In this document: positions 1-10,936 of the stretch, piece after piece
Position numbering within the stretch: the first letter of the stretch is position 1
Layout: every line of letters starts with the position of its first letter
Source of the DNA: Candidatus Dadabacteria bacterium
Lineage (GTDB): Bacteria > Desulfobacterota_D > UBA1144 > Nemesobacterales > UBA2774
Direction: 5' to 3'
DNA: 50,407 nt
NCBI GenBank assembly: GCA_020054175.1
Contig: JAGVLR010000186.1
Coordinates: 1 to 50,407, forward strand
Notes under the pieces: model-generated
Told to the model about the DNA's origin: nothing
Seen by the model: the letters and a program-made list of their open reading frames with translations, nothing else
The model's database searches: none
Made by a program: the position numbers and the translations under genes

Positions 1-52
1 GAAAGTGGATTCTGTTAGGGATAAGACCTGTGGAAAGGCCAACTAAATTCTC

Positions 53-670
53 CTACACCCTGAAATGGAAGTTCGATACATTCATCACAAGATTTGCGGA
101 GCCGTCCGGGTCTATCGGGGTGACCGAGATAATTGCGCCGACGGCGCAGAGTGGGCTCGTAGCGACATTGCCGGTGTCCTTGAACCAGACAACGAGCTCT
201 ACAGTATTGCCGTTCGGAAGGCTCCAGAGAGGCGTTGCTGAGGTGAAATATCCTCTCGTAATAGCCTTCCCGGTGAGCGCTCCCGACAGAGCGACCCTCG
301 CCCCGGCGTCTATATCCCCGAGGAATTCGAACGAATTCAGTTTGATAACGAAGTCCATCCCCGCGCTATATGCGCCGTTCCCGGTCGAGCCATCGAGGGA
401 GAAGGTCGTCGTCGTAAGCACCGTGACCTTCCAATACCCGTTCGCGGCCGTGTTGCCGGCCACACCCCAGATAAAGACCTCGTCGCCAGTGACAAGGCCA
501 TGCGCCGAGCCGGTCGTAATGACGATGGGTCCGGCGTTCGTTGCCCCGGATATTGCGAGCAAGGTCCAGGCGTTTATGTCTATGATTGCGATTTTAATAG
601 TGTCGGTGAGAAGGTTGATTTGCCCCTGGGCTACCTTCTCGCGAAACTTTGGAAATTTTGCGCTTTGCAT
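53..670 (-). CDS. Phage tail-associated structural protein with an inserted beta-rich (E1 FCCH-like) domain
   Basis: ATG at 670 after GGAGG; N-terminus KFREKVAQGQINLLTDTIKIAIID and AHGLVTGDEVFI..G motif typical of tail-region proteins; located downstream of the tape measure gene. Confidence 0.55.
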   Translation of the reverse strand: MQSAKFPKFREKVAQGQINLLTDTIKIAIIDINAWTLLAISGATNAGPIVITTGSAHGLVTGDEVFIWGVAGNTAANGYWKVTVLTTTTFSLDGSTGNGAYSAGMDFVIKLNSFEFLGDIDAGARVALSGALTGKAITRGYFTSATPLWSLPNGNTVELVVWFKDTGNVATSPLCAVGAIISVTPIDPDGSANLVMNVSNFHFRV

Positions 671-743
671 TATGACCTCCATTCGCTATTCGCGAATCGA
701 AAAATGAGAATGAAAATGCTACAAAGAATTGACGTAATGACAG

Positions 744-938
744 CTACTTATAATCCTTTTCCGCTCGGCCATGAGAAGCCTCCTGCAACGCCTCCCGCAC
801 CCGCTCAAGGGCGGCCAGGTTTTCTTGTGTCTGCATGCCGGAGAACGAAGGATGAAGCCTGTTCCCTTTCTGGAGCGCTTCTTCGACGCGCTCACGCGAT
901 TCCTTCTTCCAGTCGTCTAGTTCTAACTCGTATCCCAT
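744..938 (-). CDS. Small hypothetical phage protein
   Basis: 64-aa ORF in operon orientation. Confidence 0.45.
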   Translation of the reverse strand: MGYELELDDWKKESRERVEEALQKGNRLHPSFSGMQTQENLAALERVREALQEASHGRAEKDYK

Positions 939-944
939 TATTTC

Positions 945-1091
945 TCAGTCTCCGCAGCCACCCGAGACGTTACCGCACGCAAGGCAACGCAGATGGCAAG
1001 TTTCTATTTGTATGTTCTCCGTCTCCCCGCAGTGCTGGCAGTAGCCGCGCTCGAACTCCTCGGGCTTTATATGGAAGTCGGATTCGGTCAT
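945..1091 (-). CDS. Small zinc-ribbon protein (48 aa, not in the ORF track)
   Basis: Manual translation MTESDFHIKPEEFERGYCQHCGETENIQIETCHLRCLACGNVSGGCGD; two CxxC motifs; start abuts the upstream stop. Confidence 0.55.
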   Translation of the reverse strand: MTESDFHIKPEEFERGYCQHCGETENIQIETCHLRCLACGNVSGGCGD

Positions 1092-1901
1092 CTACCCAAC
1101 CTCCTTAAGTGCGATCCCGGAGAGGTCTGCGACCCCCCGGTTTTGGAGGGTGTACATCGGGTCGCTCGTCCCTTTAACAAAGAACGCATACTCCTCGTTC
1201 GAACCTCCCCCCTCCAGCAACAGGCCGTTGAATTCAAACAGAAGCACATTGTCCGTATCCAGCGTCAGGAAATATTTGCAGACCTGCTCCCAATATTCCG
1301 ACGTTCTCAACACCTGCCGTGTGAATACAAGCTCGGCGAGTCTCGGACCTCTGTTGATCGACCTCGGAGCGCCCGAAAGCATTTGCACATCCTGCCTCGG
1401 CCTCGGGGTTCTGAACTGAAGCCCCGGCGATGTATTTCCGATTAATGATTCTGCGTCTTCCGAGACTGCGAGATTTCCAACGAAGTGCTGGGAGCTTCCG
1501 TCGAGGGGCGTCCCGGAGGGAATCTCAAGCGCGACGTACCTGTAATCGAAGGCTGCGTAATCCTGCGGGTTCACAACGGAGACGTAACGCTCTGTGGCCT
1601 TATTCTGATTGACCGTAATCGCGCCCGAATCGTAAGCGGGCGTCGTCATATCCGGCGTCGTGTTCCCAAGGATCGCATAGGAGGCGAAGTTCACGTTATA
1701 GAGCGCGAAGAGGTTCAGTTCCTTCGCCTCTCCGAGGTCGAGGACAATGACCTCCGCCGCGGACCCGGTCGCCTTCCCGCCACGGAATTGATAGTCGTAT
1801 TTTTTCATATCCTCCCAAGGCCATGCGGAATCTTCAGAATCGAAGTCCTCAATGTCGTAATCGATGAAGTCCCGGCATACCCTTATCCACGTATCAGGCA
1901 T
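1092..1901 (-). CDS. Putative distal tail / tail tip protein
   Basis: 269 aa, start overlaps the tape measure stop; assigned by synteny. Confidence 0.55.
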   Translation of the reverse strand: MPDTWIRVCRDFIDYDIEDFDSEDSAWPWEDMKKYDYQFRGGKATGSAAEVIVLDLGEAKELNLFALYNVNFASYAILGNTTPDMTTPAYDSGAITVNQNKATERYVSVVNPQDYAAFDYRYVALEIPSGTPLDGSSQHFVGNLAVSEDAESLIGNTSPGLQFRTPRPRQDVQMLSGAPRSINRGPRLAELVFTRQVLRTSEYWEQVCKYFLTLDTDNVLLFEFNGLLLEGGGSNEEYAFFVKGTSDPMYTLQNRGVADLSGIALKEVG

Positions 1902-4900
1902 TATCCGACCCTCCCCTTGAGATACCGTTTCGTGGCAGGGTTCTGAACCATATCCTTCATTACTTCGCGCTTTATCTTCTCTTCAAATCTGTTCAGAGTC
2001 TTCTCGAACTCCCTCACAGTTTCGGGCGAGCCGAACGTCGCCCCCTGAAGGTTCAGCGAGAGATTCATTATCGGTGCTGGGGCCATCGCCCTGTCGGCAA
2101 GCTGGCCTATATGCCCCCCGAGCCTGTCTACCATGTCGCTTATGTAGGTCGGGACGCCTTTCGCCATATCCGCAATCGGAGTGATGCTGACGTGCTCCGG
2201 GCCCGCCTCTCCGGCAAGGAACATCTGCGCCTTGTTCACTATCCCCTCGAAGCCCGTAGCGGCCGGGATGACACTGAACGGCGAGAAGGGGTTGAAGTTT
2301 ATCGGCCCGGTGGCTGTCTCGACCGCTCCCGTCGACGGATTGACCATGTTCGTTAAATTTGTCTGCCCGTCGCCTTCGATGCTGCTTAGTAACGCGGTAT
2401 GTATGTCTCTCAGGGTAACGAGCTGCTCCGCGGCTATCGCTTCTCCGGCAGAGAGCGCCCCGTTCGTCTCTATACCCAGCTCGGCAAGCTGGGCAAGCCG
2501 GGCGTCGAGCGCTGTCTGGGCCTCTTGCTGGATATACTCGTAATATTCCCTTGCTTCTGCCACAGTCGCCTCGTCTAGCTGGAACGCCTGCTGACTTGCT
2601 GCGGCTGTCTCCTGCCCGATCGACTGAGCCTGGGAGCGTAGTGTTTCGAGCCGGTCGTCTATCGATCTCAGGTTCGCTTCATTAACCTTGGTAAGGTCTG
2701 CTATCTCCTGATTGATCTGTTCTATCGATTTCGTGGGCTCGACCTGGTCCTTGAGGGAGCCGAGCTCGTTAATAACCTGCCTGAACGTATCCCTGAACTC
2801 GGGGGACGTATTCTCGAACGTCTCCCCGCCTATGGAGAGCACGGTGTTAAGTAGCTCCTGAATCTCTGTCGCGAGCCCTGCCCTTTCATCGCCGGTAGAG
2901 CCTGCGAACCTTGCTTGGAGCGAATCGAGCTCGCCCTGAGCCCTCTGTAGCCTCTGGAAGGGGGATTCTATGCCTCCGGGGCCGAGGAGGAGGTCCTGAA
3001 TGTTCTTGCCTATGTTCTCGGCAATGGAGAAGAGGTTCTGCGCTGCTTGGAGCTCTTCGTTTAGCGCATCGAGCCTTTCCCTGCCGACCTCGGCGATCAT
3101 CTCCTTCTCGCGCTCCAGCGCCGATACCTGGCCCTGGATTGCCTCTCTCTGAGCATCGGCGATAGCCTTTGCCGCCTCTTGCGCTGCGGCCTGCTGCTCT
3201 TGCCATACCGCCTGCTGGCTTGCCGTCTGCCCGTCGACCCACTGGTCCACAAGCCCGTCGAGCTGCCTTAATAGCGCCTCTCTCTCTTCAAGGGACAAGT
3301 CCTCCTGCTGAAGGGTTTGCATGATGGAGGCTATGGCTTCGTCTAGGGCGTATCCTACATCTACAGCCGCCCCGCCGAGCCCGACTACCTTTGCATTTAA
3401 CTGATCTATGAAATCCACGAGGCCGGAGATTGAGTCAGCCAGGGCGGATTTCACTTGAAGCAGCTGGTTTCTGAGCTCGACGAAGTTGGCGAGGACTTCC
3501 GGGTCTATCTCCGCGTTCTTTATCATTTCCCGGAGGGATACGGTCATTTCATCGAGAGACGGCACGGCATTGAATCCAAGCTCTTTAGAAAGCGCCTCTA
3601 CGCTGTTGAGGGCCTGCCCTATCGCATCTCCGAAATTCCCCTCGACGATATTAAAGGCGTCCACGAAGGCTGAGAACGTGTTTAGGAACTCCTGCCCTAT
3701 GACTGCCCTTTCCTCCCTGCTCCCCGCGGCCTCCATATCGGCGAGGAACTGGTCAATCAAGCCCTGCGTAGCTTCACCTGATACGCCCAGAGCCTGGAAT
3801 GCCGGATCGAAGAACGATTCCCTTATTGATGCGAAGAACTTCGCGGGGAGCTCCCCCTCGATGAACGCCTGGAACTTCTCGGCAATCTTCTTCCCCTTGG
3901 CGTCGAACTCCAGAAGGCGCTCTTCTCCGATTACGGTCTCTATATCTATATCGGCGTTAAGAAGCGTCTCGTTCAGGATTTCGTACATATCGGAAGGGAG
4001 GCGGCTGATAATATCCTGTAACCCTTCAATCGTCTCTTCTATGCGGTCCTGAATGAGCTCGAGTATTTTCTCGTCGCCCCCGAGCCCGAGGCCGGCCTTG
4101 CGTTTGACGCTGACCTGCCCGATATTGTCCATGAAGAAGTCGTCATCGAGAAATTCCTCGACGACGGCGGCCCGGCGACCCATCTCGGTTTGTATGGAGT
4201 CGAAGTCTATATCTATGCGTGGAGTCTTTTCGAGAAGGGGTCCGAGGAACGTATAGGCCAGCGCCGCAGCTGCAAGAACTGCTCCCACATAAGGAGCCGC
4301 CGCGCCTATAGTTGCAAGGATGCCACCGCCCGCGTTAGTCGCTATTTGCCCCGCCACGAGCGGTGAAGCCCCCATGCCTATAAGGGGCATACCGCCGCCT
4401 GCAACCGCGCCAGCAGTACCGCCGAGGGCCGCGGCCCCGCCTCCGAGCCCGAAAGCGCCCCCCGCCATGCCGAGAGCATCCTTGCCTAAGCCGAGCGCGT
4501 CGGTCGCTTTCGCTCCCTTCGTATCCACGCCGAATGCCCCGGCGATGGAGATCACTATCTGCCTCGTAGCTATAGCGGAGACCATATCGAGGAACGAGCG
4601 CAGGATCGCATCGAAGGCGCTCTTTGCGACGTCGACAAGGTCCTCGAACTTCCCGGTCACGGCGTTATAGAAGAAGTCGGAGAAGTTTTGGGCCATCTCC
4701 GTGAGCGTATTCGCGAAGAACTGGGATACGAGCTCGCCGTTATTCTCGACCGAGTCTGCGAATTCGAGATAGCCGACCTTGAGTTGATCGAAGAAGGAGT
4801 CCGAATTTTTAAGGCGCTCGATGTAGGCCTGGCGCTCCTGCTCAATAGTCGCCTTGTTTAGTTCGGCGATACCTTTGTCGAGTATCGCTTTTTGTTTGGC

Positions 4901-6829
4901 AATTAACTCTTGCGTTCGTTCCGGAGAGAGTTTGTTTAGGTAGATAGTGTTTACGCTCTGGCTGAATTCCAGATAAAGCTGCTCGGCTTCGGTGAGCTGG
5001 GATGCCAGAAGAGCAGCCAAATCCCCGCCGAGCTTCTCTTCCAGGTTCAGGTCTTCGAGTTCCTTCTTGAGTTCTGCGATCTTATCTATTTGAGGATCGA
5101 AGGCGTCTGTCAGGGCATCGGTTGCGACTTTGGCCTTTAGGGTCTCCGCCTCGTATTCTATAATCTGTTCAGCCGAAGCGTCGAAGAGAACAATCTGAGC
5201 CTCAAGGGATGCAATCTCCTCGTTGAGGGACTTCGCTGTATCCTCCCGCGTCTTCTGTAGCTCTTTTGCGGTCTTCTCCGATTCCTTCTCTGCCGCGGTG
5301 CCGGCCTTCGTAGCTTTCGTGCGAGCCTCAATCCGGCGCTCTACTTCTACAAAACGCTGTATCTCCTCTTCACGAATGCCCTGCTCACGCAGCATCTGGG
5401 CTTCGGCCTGAATACGCGCCTCGCCTTCGAGGCCGAGGGTTTTCAGGTGCTTCTCTCTGGCCTCTATATTCTCTTTTAGCTGCCGCTCTTCCTCGGTAAG
5501 GGGTTTGTATGCCGCTTCGATGGCTCCGGGTACAGCACCGAGGGATTCAACATAAAGGTCTACTACATTGGTTAAAATCTTCTGGGTCTCGGAGGCGGCC
5601 TCTTCAGCCTCCTTCCGACTCTCTATCGACTGAATAATCTCCCGGTCCTGCTGCTTGACTCCCGCAAAGCTCGCCTCAAGAGCCTTCCGTTATTTCTCGG
5701 ATGCGCCGAATATGCTGCCCGCAATCTGATCTACGACGCCTCCGGCTTCATTGACCTGCTGCACGGCTTCATTGTAGTTCTTGGTTGACTCGTTGAGATT
5801 CTGACTATTCTGCAGGGCCGCCTCGAATATGAAATCGAAGTGCCCTTCGGGGATAGAGGCTATAACAGCCACGCCTCGCGCCAGGCCGCTCGCTATCGAC
5901 CATACGGCTTCAGCCAGCGGCTGTAGGGTCTTCCATGCCGCCGTTCCGAAGTTGATCATCCCTTCGAGGAAACCCTTAATATCCTGTGAGAGCAGCTCGC
6001 GGTTCTTTCCAATCCACTCGGCTGTGCTGTTATTAATGTCTGCAAAAACGGGCATCAGCTCTCGGGCGATGGTCATTTTCACGCCGTCGAGCGCGTACTT
6101 AACCCTCGTCTGCGAGTCCATGAACCTTTCGGAGGAATCGCCCAGGTCCTTATCGAAGACTACGCCGAGCCTCCGGGCTTCGTCCTGATAGGCCTTTATC
6201 CCGCGGCGTCCTTCATTGAGAAGTGGAATTAGTTCCGGGCCGGAGCGCTTTCCAAATATGGAAGCCGCAAGAGCGGTCTTATCAGCGCCGTCCTCCATAA
6301 CAGCGAAGACATCGGCAAGGTCGAGTAGTATGTCGCTCGTACTCCGCGCCGAGCCGTCGATGTTAGTAAGCTCAACCTCTATCTCGCGGAGGGTATCAGG
6401 AGCTTCTCCCGCTTTTCCAGCTATAGCGTCGGATATACCTACGTTCAGGTTTTTAAATCCAAGGGTAAGGCTGTCGAAGGAGACATTCGCAAGGTCGGCG
6501 GCGAATTTCAGCTCGCTCAGGGTGTCTATGGCTATGCCCTGCTTCTGGGCGGTCTTGGCAAGTTCGTCGCCTGTCGTCGCCACGCCTTTTGTAAGGTTAA
6601 AAAGACCTACGGCTGTAGCTGCGGCGGCTGTGACGATGGCCGCGATGCCCAGGGCGGCAACTCCGGCGGCCGGCGCAAGCGCTCTTAGACTGGCGCCGAG
6701 CGATCCAGCTCCGGAGCCTGCCATTTTGACATGCTGGTCTATGGCCCTAAAGGAGTCCTGAAGCTCCTTCAGTTTTCGCTTGGCTTCCTCGGTCTCGGCG
6801 GCAATTCGGATTTTTATATCTTCAGCCAT
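1901..6829 (-). pseudogene. Tail tape measure protein (about 1640 codons) interrupted by one in-frame TAA at 5690-5692
   Basis: ORFs 5690..6829 and 1901..5395 share a frame and the 98 codons between them are open; TMP motifs (ELAKTAQKQGI, IFGKRSGPELIPLLNEG), Ala/Gly-rich segments and coiled coils. Confidence 0.85.
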
Positions 6830-6869
6830 TTTCTTGACTTCTCCGGGATTAGTTATTAAATTTCAAATT

Positions 6870-7151
6870 ATGAGATTGTCGCTTGTCGTGTTTGTTCTTA
6901 TCATCTCCTGCCTATTTCTCCCTTTCGAAGCCTCTCCCAAAACGGGAATGGAAATATACGACGATGCTTTCAAAGTTGGTTACGAACTCTCATCAAAACC
7001 ATTTCCACCTCTCTCTTTAGAACAAGCAGAAACGGAGTGCAAGCAACAAGCATGCGCCTCTGGATACTGTGAGAAGGAAAATCGCTGCAATGAACTCCGA
7101 TTCGACATATTTTTTTCAACTTGCATGCAAGTTTTTCGATCTGCCAGGTGA
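6870..7151 (+). CDS. Small exported Cys-rich protein (moron), paralog 1
   Basis: ATG at 6870, hydrophobic signal peptide, CKxxACxxGYC..CNELxxDIxFSxCM pattern; opposite strand to the tail operon. Confidence 0.65.
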   Translation: MRLSLVVFVLIISCLFLPFEASPKTGMEIYDDAFKVGYELSSKPFPPLSLEQAETECKQQACASGYCEKENRCNELRFDIFFSTCMQVFRSAR

Positions 7152-7156
7152 ACTCT

Positions 7157-7426
7157 ATGAAACGAATATTTCTTCTAACGCTTTTTGCTTCACTTTTAGT
7201 TCCTGTTTTCGTGCGCGCTGAATCAGGCATGGACATTCTCAATGCCGGTTTCAAAGAAGGAGCGAAGATGCAAAAGCGGTCTGGCTCGTATATCACAATC
7301 GAAAAAGCTGAAGCCGCTTGCAAAGAGAAGGCCTGTGAGGCCGGGTATTGCGATAAAGCTGTTCCTTGCAACGAACTCAAATACGACATTTACTTCTCCG
7401 CCTGCATGCGCGCGTATCGTGACTAA
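7157..7426 (+). CDS. Small exported Cys-rich protein (moron), paralog 2
   Basis: ATG at 7157, signal peptide MKRIFLLTLFASLLVPVFVRA, same Cys pattern as the upstream paralog. Confidence 0.65.
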   Translation: MKRIFLLTLFASLLVPVFVRAESGMDILNAGFKEGAKMQKRSGSYITIEKAEAACKEKACEAGYCDKAVPCNELKYDIYFSACMRAYRD

Positions 7427-8312
7427 TTTCTGACCCTGCCGTGCTCGCCTGTTAAATCGCGCCTCCCCGAATCCATCATCTCTTTTTCCTCTTCCTGAAT
7501 GCGCGAGGATTCCGAGGAAAGAACGTTGAAGCCGTCGAAAAGCTTCTGATCCATATTTTCAAATTCGGAAATGGTTACATGAAGTAGCCCACCTTGAAGC
7601 CAGTTATAAAAACTCCAGGCGCGCTCCGCGAAGGGGTCTCGTATCACCTCTCCATACTTCCGCATCGGACAGTAGTTGTATTCCTGCCCGCCGAGACGAA
7701 CTCGGAAGTCCGGATTTTCAATTACTCCGTTGCAGTTTCTTTCGGAGTCGAGCTTGAGCTCCCGGCATTCTTGGCAAGACCATTTCCGGAATTCGGAGCG
7801 GGAGAATCTGACAAAAAACCGAGGCCTGCCCGCTCTTCCTGAGTCATATTCGTGAACTTGTTAATCTTGTTCTGGATATCCAGCCCCTCACCCTCGGTGA
7901 GCATCTCGTATTCCTTCTCCCTGCTGAAGTCGGGAATCAACTGACGTATTAGCTGGAACGAGAACTCGTCCTGCTCGTCCAGTGATAGAGATGCCGCGGC
8001 ACGGGGGGCATTCGCAATAGTCAGCCCAAGCTCAAGGTAGCTGGTTAAGAGCTTGACGTTCGCTCGAACGCCTTTCTGGATAGAGTCGATATAATCCTTC
8101 CCTTCGTCCTCGGAGATCGAACCTGCTTCGACCTCCTGCTTCGTCTCTTCTATCCGGCGGTCGGCGACTTTCTGCACATCGCGCCTTCTATCGGACAGGG
8201 CCTTCTCTAACATGAACCTTGCGGCCTTGGTTTCAGCCTTGGTCCTGCCCCTGAGCGTCCTTACCGGCGTATCTTCTGAGACCTGAAAACTATCTATGCT
8301 TAACCACTTCAT
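7423..8312 (-). CDS. Tail assembly chaperone pair (gpG at 7722..8312, gpGT via -1 frameshift)
   Basis: Between tail tube and tape measure genes; slippery T TTT TTG at 7818-7812; -1 frame is open into ORF 7423..7665. Confidence 0.8.
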
Positions 8313-8315
8313 GTG

Positions 8316-8663
8316 TTACTCTCCTTGCTTCTCCTCAGAAGCTTCTTTATTTCCGGTTGTTACAACCTCTATCGGCTTATCCTTGCGCCTTATTTTGAAC
8401 TGCGCAGGGTCGTATATCGAATGCGCCTTTACGCGCAGGTGCGAGTATTTCACGTGATACGACTGCTTGAACATCCGTACCCGCGCCTGGGTGAGCCGAA
8501 ACTCCTCCTGAACATCCTTTGGGAGGGTGTTTATAGCCTTCTTCAGGTCGTTCAGGTTCTTGACAGACTTCTCCTCGTCGATATAGACGTGCCTCTTACC
8601 GTCCTTGTCATACGTGACCTCATGGCAGGCTACGAGCAGGCTGAATATGTCTCTCTTTCTCAT
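8316..8663 (-). CDS. Hypothetical phage protein
   Basis: 115-aa ORF after an AAGGAG RBS, in the tail operon. Confidence 0.55.
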   Translation of the reverse strand: MRKRDIFSLLVACHEVTYDKDGKRHVYIDEEKSVKNLNDLKKAINTLPKDVQEEFRLTQARVRMFKQSYHVKYSHLRVKAHSIYDPAQFKIRRKDKPIEVVTTGNKEASEEKQGE

Positions 8664-8678
8664 GGTTCGTTTCTCCTT

Positions 8679-9911
8679 TTATTCAGGTGGATTTCCGCCC
8701 ACAAAGCTCATAAAGAACGCATCGCTGCCGGTGAGCCAGCGGTATGCCGAAAGCGTGAGCTGATACTTCATAAGCCTTGCGGATACCGGCGTGTCTATCG
8801 TCGTCGGGACCATGTTCCCGCCGAAGCATGCGAAGTAGCTGTAGACCGGCGCTACGAGTGTTCCGACATTCCTCTTGCCGTAGAAGAAGGTCTTCATCGA
8901 CGTGGCGTTTCTCGCCTTGTCCAGATACCCCCTGTCCTCATACTCGAAGTTGACACCGAGGGTTATATCCTTCGTGCCTTCTGCATGGCCGATAATTCCC
9001 GTCTCGGATTCGAGAGCCAGCTTCTCTTCGAGCGCATTACCATAATTCAGGCTCATATTCGAAATCCATACCGGCTCGTCGTCGTCAATCCAGAGTTTCA
9101 TGCCGAGCGGCAGGAAAGGATTCGACAGAGGCGGGATTGAAACCGTTCCGGTCTGCGAGTCTGCTACCAGCTCTCCAGCGCCCAGAATGCTGAAAGCGAG
9201 GTTTAGAATCTGCCCGGGCGTCATATCCATCGTGAGCTGATTCACCTTGCAGTTGTACCAGGTCCAGTATTCGTCTATGTCTTCGTAGAGGCGAGAGAAC
9301 GCCAGGAGCGGCAGTTCCACGCTGGTTACGGAGGCAGTATTCATCTTGTAGTGGGTGCTTGCCGTGATGGCGGTAAAGCCGCTCGCGATATCCGCGCCAG
9401 CCGGAAGAGGGGGATAAATAGTGAGCGTGTCCGGGTCCGTCATGGCGCCGAGGTCTATTGCCATTACCACGGCCAGCCAGTCTACGACCGCAGTGCTTGC
9501 GAGCTCCACCCTGAGCAGTATCGTCATGCCAGGAACGAGGTCTTCGTCCACCTCATCCACCTCGATCTTGTCCTGCCCGCTTCCGAGCGCCGGATTCTCC
9601 ATCTCCGCTATGGCTATCTTCTCGCCGAATACGCCCTGAAGATACACGTCAATCGAAGGGGCTTCGCCCTGTTCAGCCGGGGCCTCAAGAAGATGGTTCA
9701 TAGTGCCCGCGACCGATCTCTTAGTAACGACCGAGCCATATTTATCGAGGTCGTTAGTCAGGATTACGATATCCGTATTTGCCGGGGTCTCTCGCAGGGT
9801 GCTTCCGGCCTGGGGCTTGATAGCCTTCCATGCCGCATCAGCGAAAACAGGGACAACCCCCGGTCCGCTCTGTATTGCCGCTCTCCAATTACCGCCTTCT
9901 TGTCTGCCCAT
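8679..9911 (-). CDS. Major tail tube protein
   Basis: 410 aa; YNCKVNQLTMDMTPGQILNLAFSILG and ISNMSLNYGNAL motifs resemble tail tube proteins; synteny. Confidence 0.75.
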   Translation of the reverse strand: MGRQEGGNWRAAIQSGPGVVPVFADAAWKAIKPQAGSTLRETPANTDIVILTNDLDKYGSVVTKRSVAGTMNHLLEAPAEQGEAPSIDVYLQGVFGEKIAIAEMENPALGSGQDKIEVDEVDEDLVPGMTILLRVELASTAVVDWLAVVMAIDLGAMTDPDTLTIYPPLPAGADIASGFTAITASTHYKMNTASVTSVELPLLAFSRLYEDIDEYWTWYNCKVNQLTMDMTPGQILNLAFSILGAGELVADSQTGTVSIPPLSNPFLPLGMKLWIDDDEPVWISNMSLNYGNALEEKLALESETGIIGHAEGTKDITLGVNFEYEDRGYLDKARNATSMKTFFYGKRNVGTLVAPVYSYFACFGGNMVPTTIDTPVSARLMKYQLTLSAYRWLTGSDAFFMSFVGGNPPE

Positions 9912-9926
9912 TTTCGTGTGCCTCCG

Positions 9927-10418
9927 TTACATGAAATAGTGAAAATCAAGGGATACGAGAAAGTCCGCATCCGTATTTGCCTCGTCGACAATAGAAGGAT
10001 CGACGTCGCCTATCTCTACAAAAAGAATCGGGTCTACAGGCGATTCATACGCCTGCCGTAATAGGTCGAGAGTGTTCTGTTTTAAAGTGCTTATGATTAT
10101 TGCTATACCGCCTTCCTCGTCGTCTTCCTCTTCTTCGGGCTCTTCTTCCTCGTCTCCTGCGTCATATTGCTCGTGTATGTAAGCGGCGATAAGAACGTTG
10201 AGCTTCCTTCTAGCTTCCCGGGTACCCCTCTCGACGAGGCTGTCCTTGCCGGGGACAATGGCATAGCAGGGAGTCTCTTCGGGAGAGATATTCATTTCCA
10301 CGCTGAAGGCCTTTCTGGATACGACCTTTACATCGAAGTCGTAATCATTATCGACCGTCAATCCTTCGAGAACTCCTTTCAGTCCATCAAGGACCGTGTT
10401 TTCGTTTAGTGCTGGCAT
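9927..10418 (-). CDS. Putative tail terminator protein
   Basis: 163-aa acidic protein immediately upstream of the tail tube gene. Confidence 0.55.
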   Translation of the reverse strand: MPALNENTVLDGLKGVLEGLTVDNDYDFDVKVVSRKAFSVEMNISPEETPCYAIVPGKDSLVERGTREARRKLNVLIAAYIHEQYDAGDEEEEPEEEEDDEEGGIAIIISTLKQNTLDLLRQAYESPVDPILFVEIGDVDPSIVDEANTDADFLVSLDFHYFM

Positions 10419-10420
10419 AT

Positions 10421-10933
10421 TTACCTTCCTGACCCCAGTGGCGGCTCGCCATTCAGCCTTCTCCTGAGGGCTTCGCGAATATCGCCGACGACCTTCGGCC
10501 TTATTTCCTCAAGCGTTCGACTCATTGGCTTTCTCGCGGGGATGGTGACTCTCTTGGCAAATATCTTCTTGCCGTCGACTTCAAAAACGAGGAACCTCTT
10601 CGGGTCTCTCGGAACTATCGTCGCGCCATACTCATGAACCGCAAGCAATGACCCTTGTCGGCCTCTCCATCGCCAGCGCGCAAGGTGAGCAATGGTTCCA
10701 GTCACCTCGCCGCCGTCCGACCGAACCTCTGTTGATATCATATTCGCGGGAGAGACGACCCTGCCCGTACGCCTCTTGAGAATCTTCCCAGTGAGGTTTT
10801 CGGAAAGCTGCCTATGCCCCCTGAGCACCGCGACCTGCATCCCATTCCGAAGAGCCTTCTCGGCCTCGACCGGCGACAGGCGGTTGATTACGTCTTCCAG
10901 CCCTTCAATCTCGTAGCTCAGTCCGTCTGCCAT
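10421..10933 (-). CDS. Tail completion / neck protein (HK97 gp10-like)
   Basis: EIEGLEDV N-terminus, RRTG, VHEYGATI and TIPARKPM motifs. Confidence 0.7.
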   Translation of the reverse strand: MADGLSYEIEGLEDVINRLSPVEAEKALRNGMQVAVLRGHRQLSENLTGKILKRRTGRVVSPANMISTEVRSDGGEVTGTIAHLARWRWRGRQGSLLAVHEYGATIVPRDPKRFLVFEVDGKKIFAKRVTIPARKPMSRTLEEIRPKVVGDIREALRRRLNGEPPLGSGR

Positions 10934-10936
10934 AAA

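Noticed and set aside
1..1901. Diversity-generating retroelement near the tail genes
   Set aside because: No reverse transcriptase and no adenine-variant TR/VR repeat pair visible in this window
5690..5692. Stop-codon reassignment in this phage
   Set aside because: TAA, TAG and TGA all end tightly packed genes elsewhere, and no suppressor tRNA was seen
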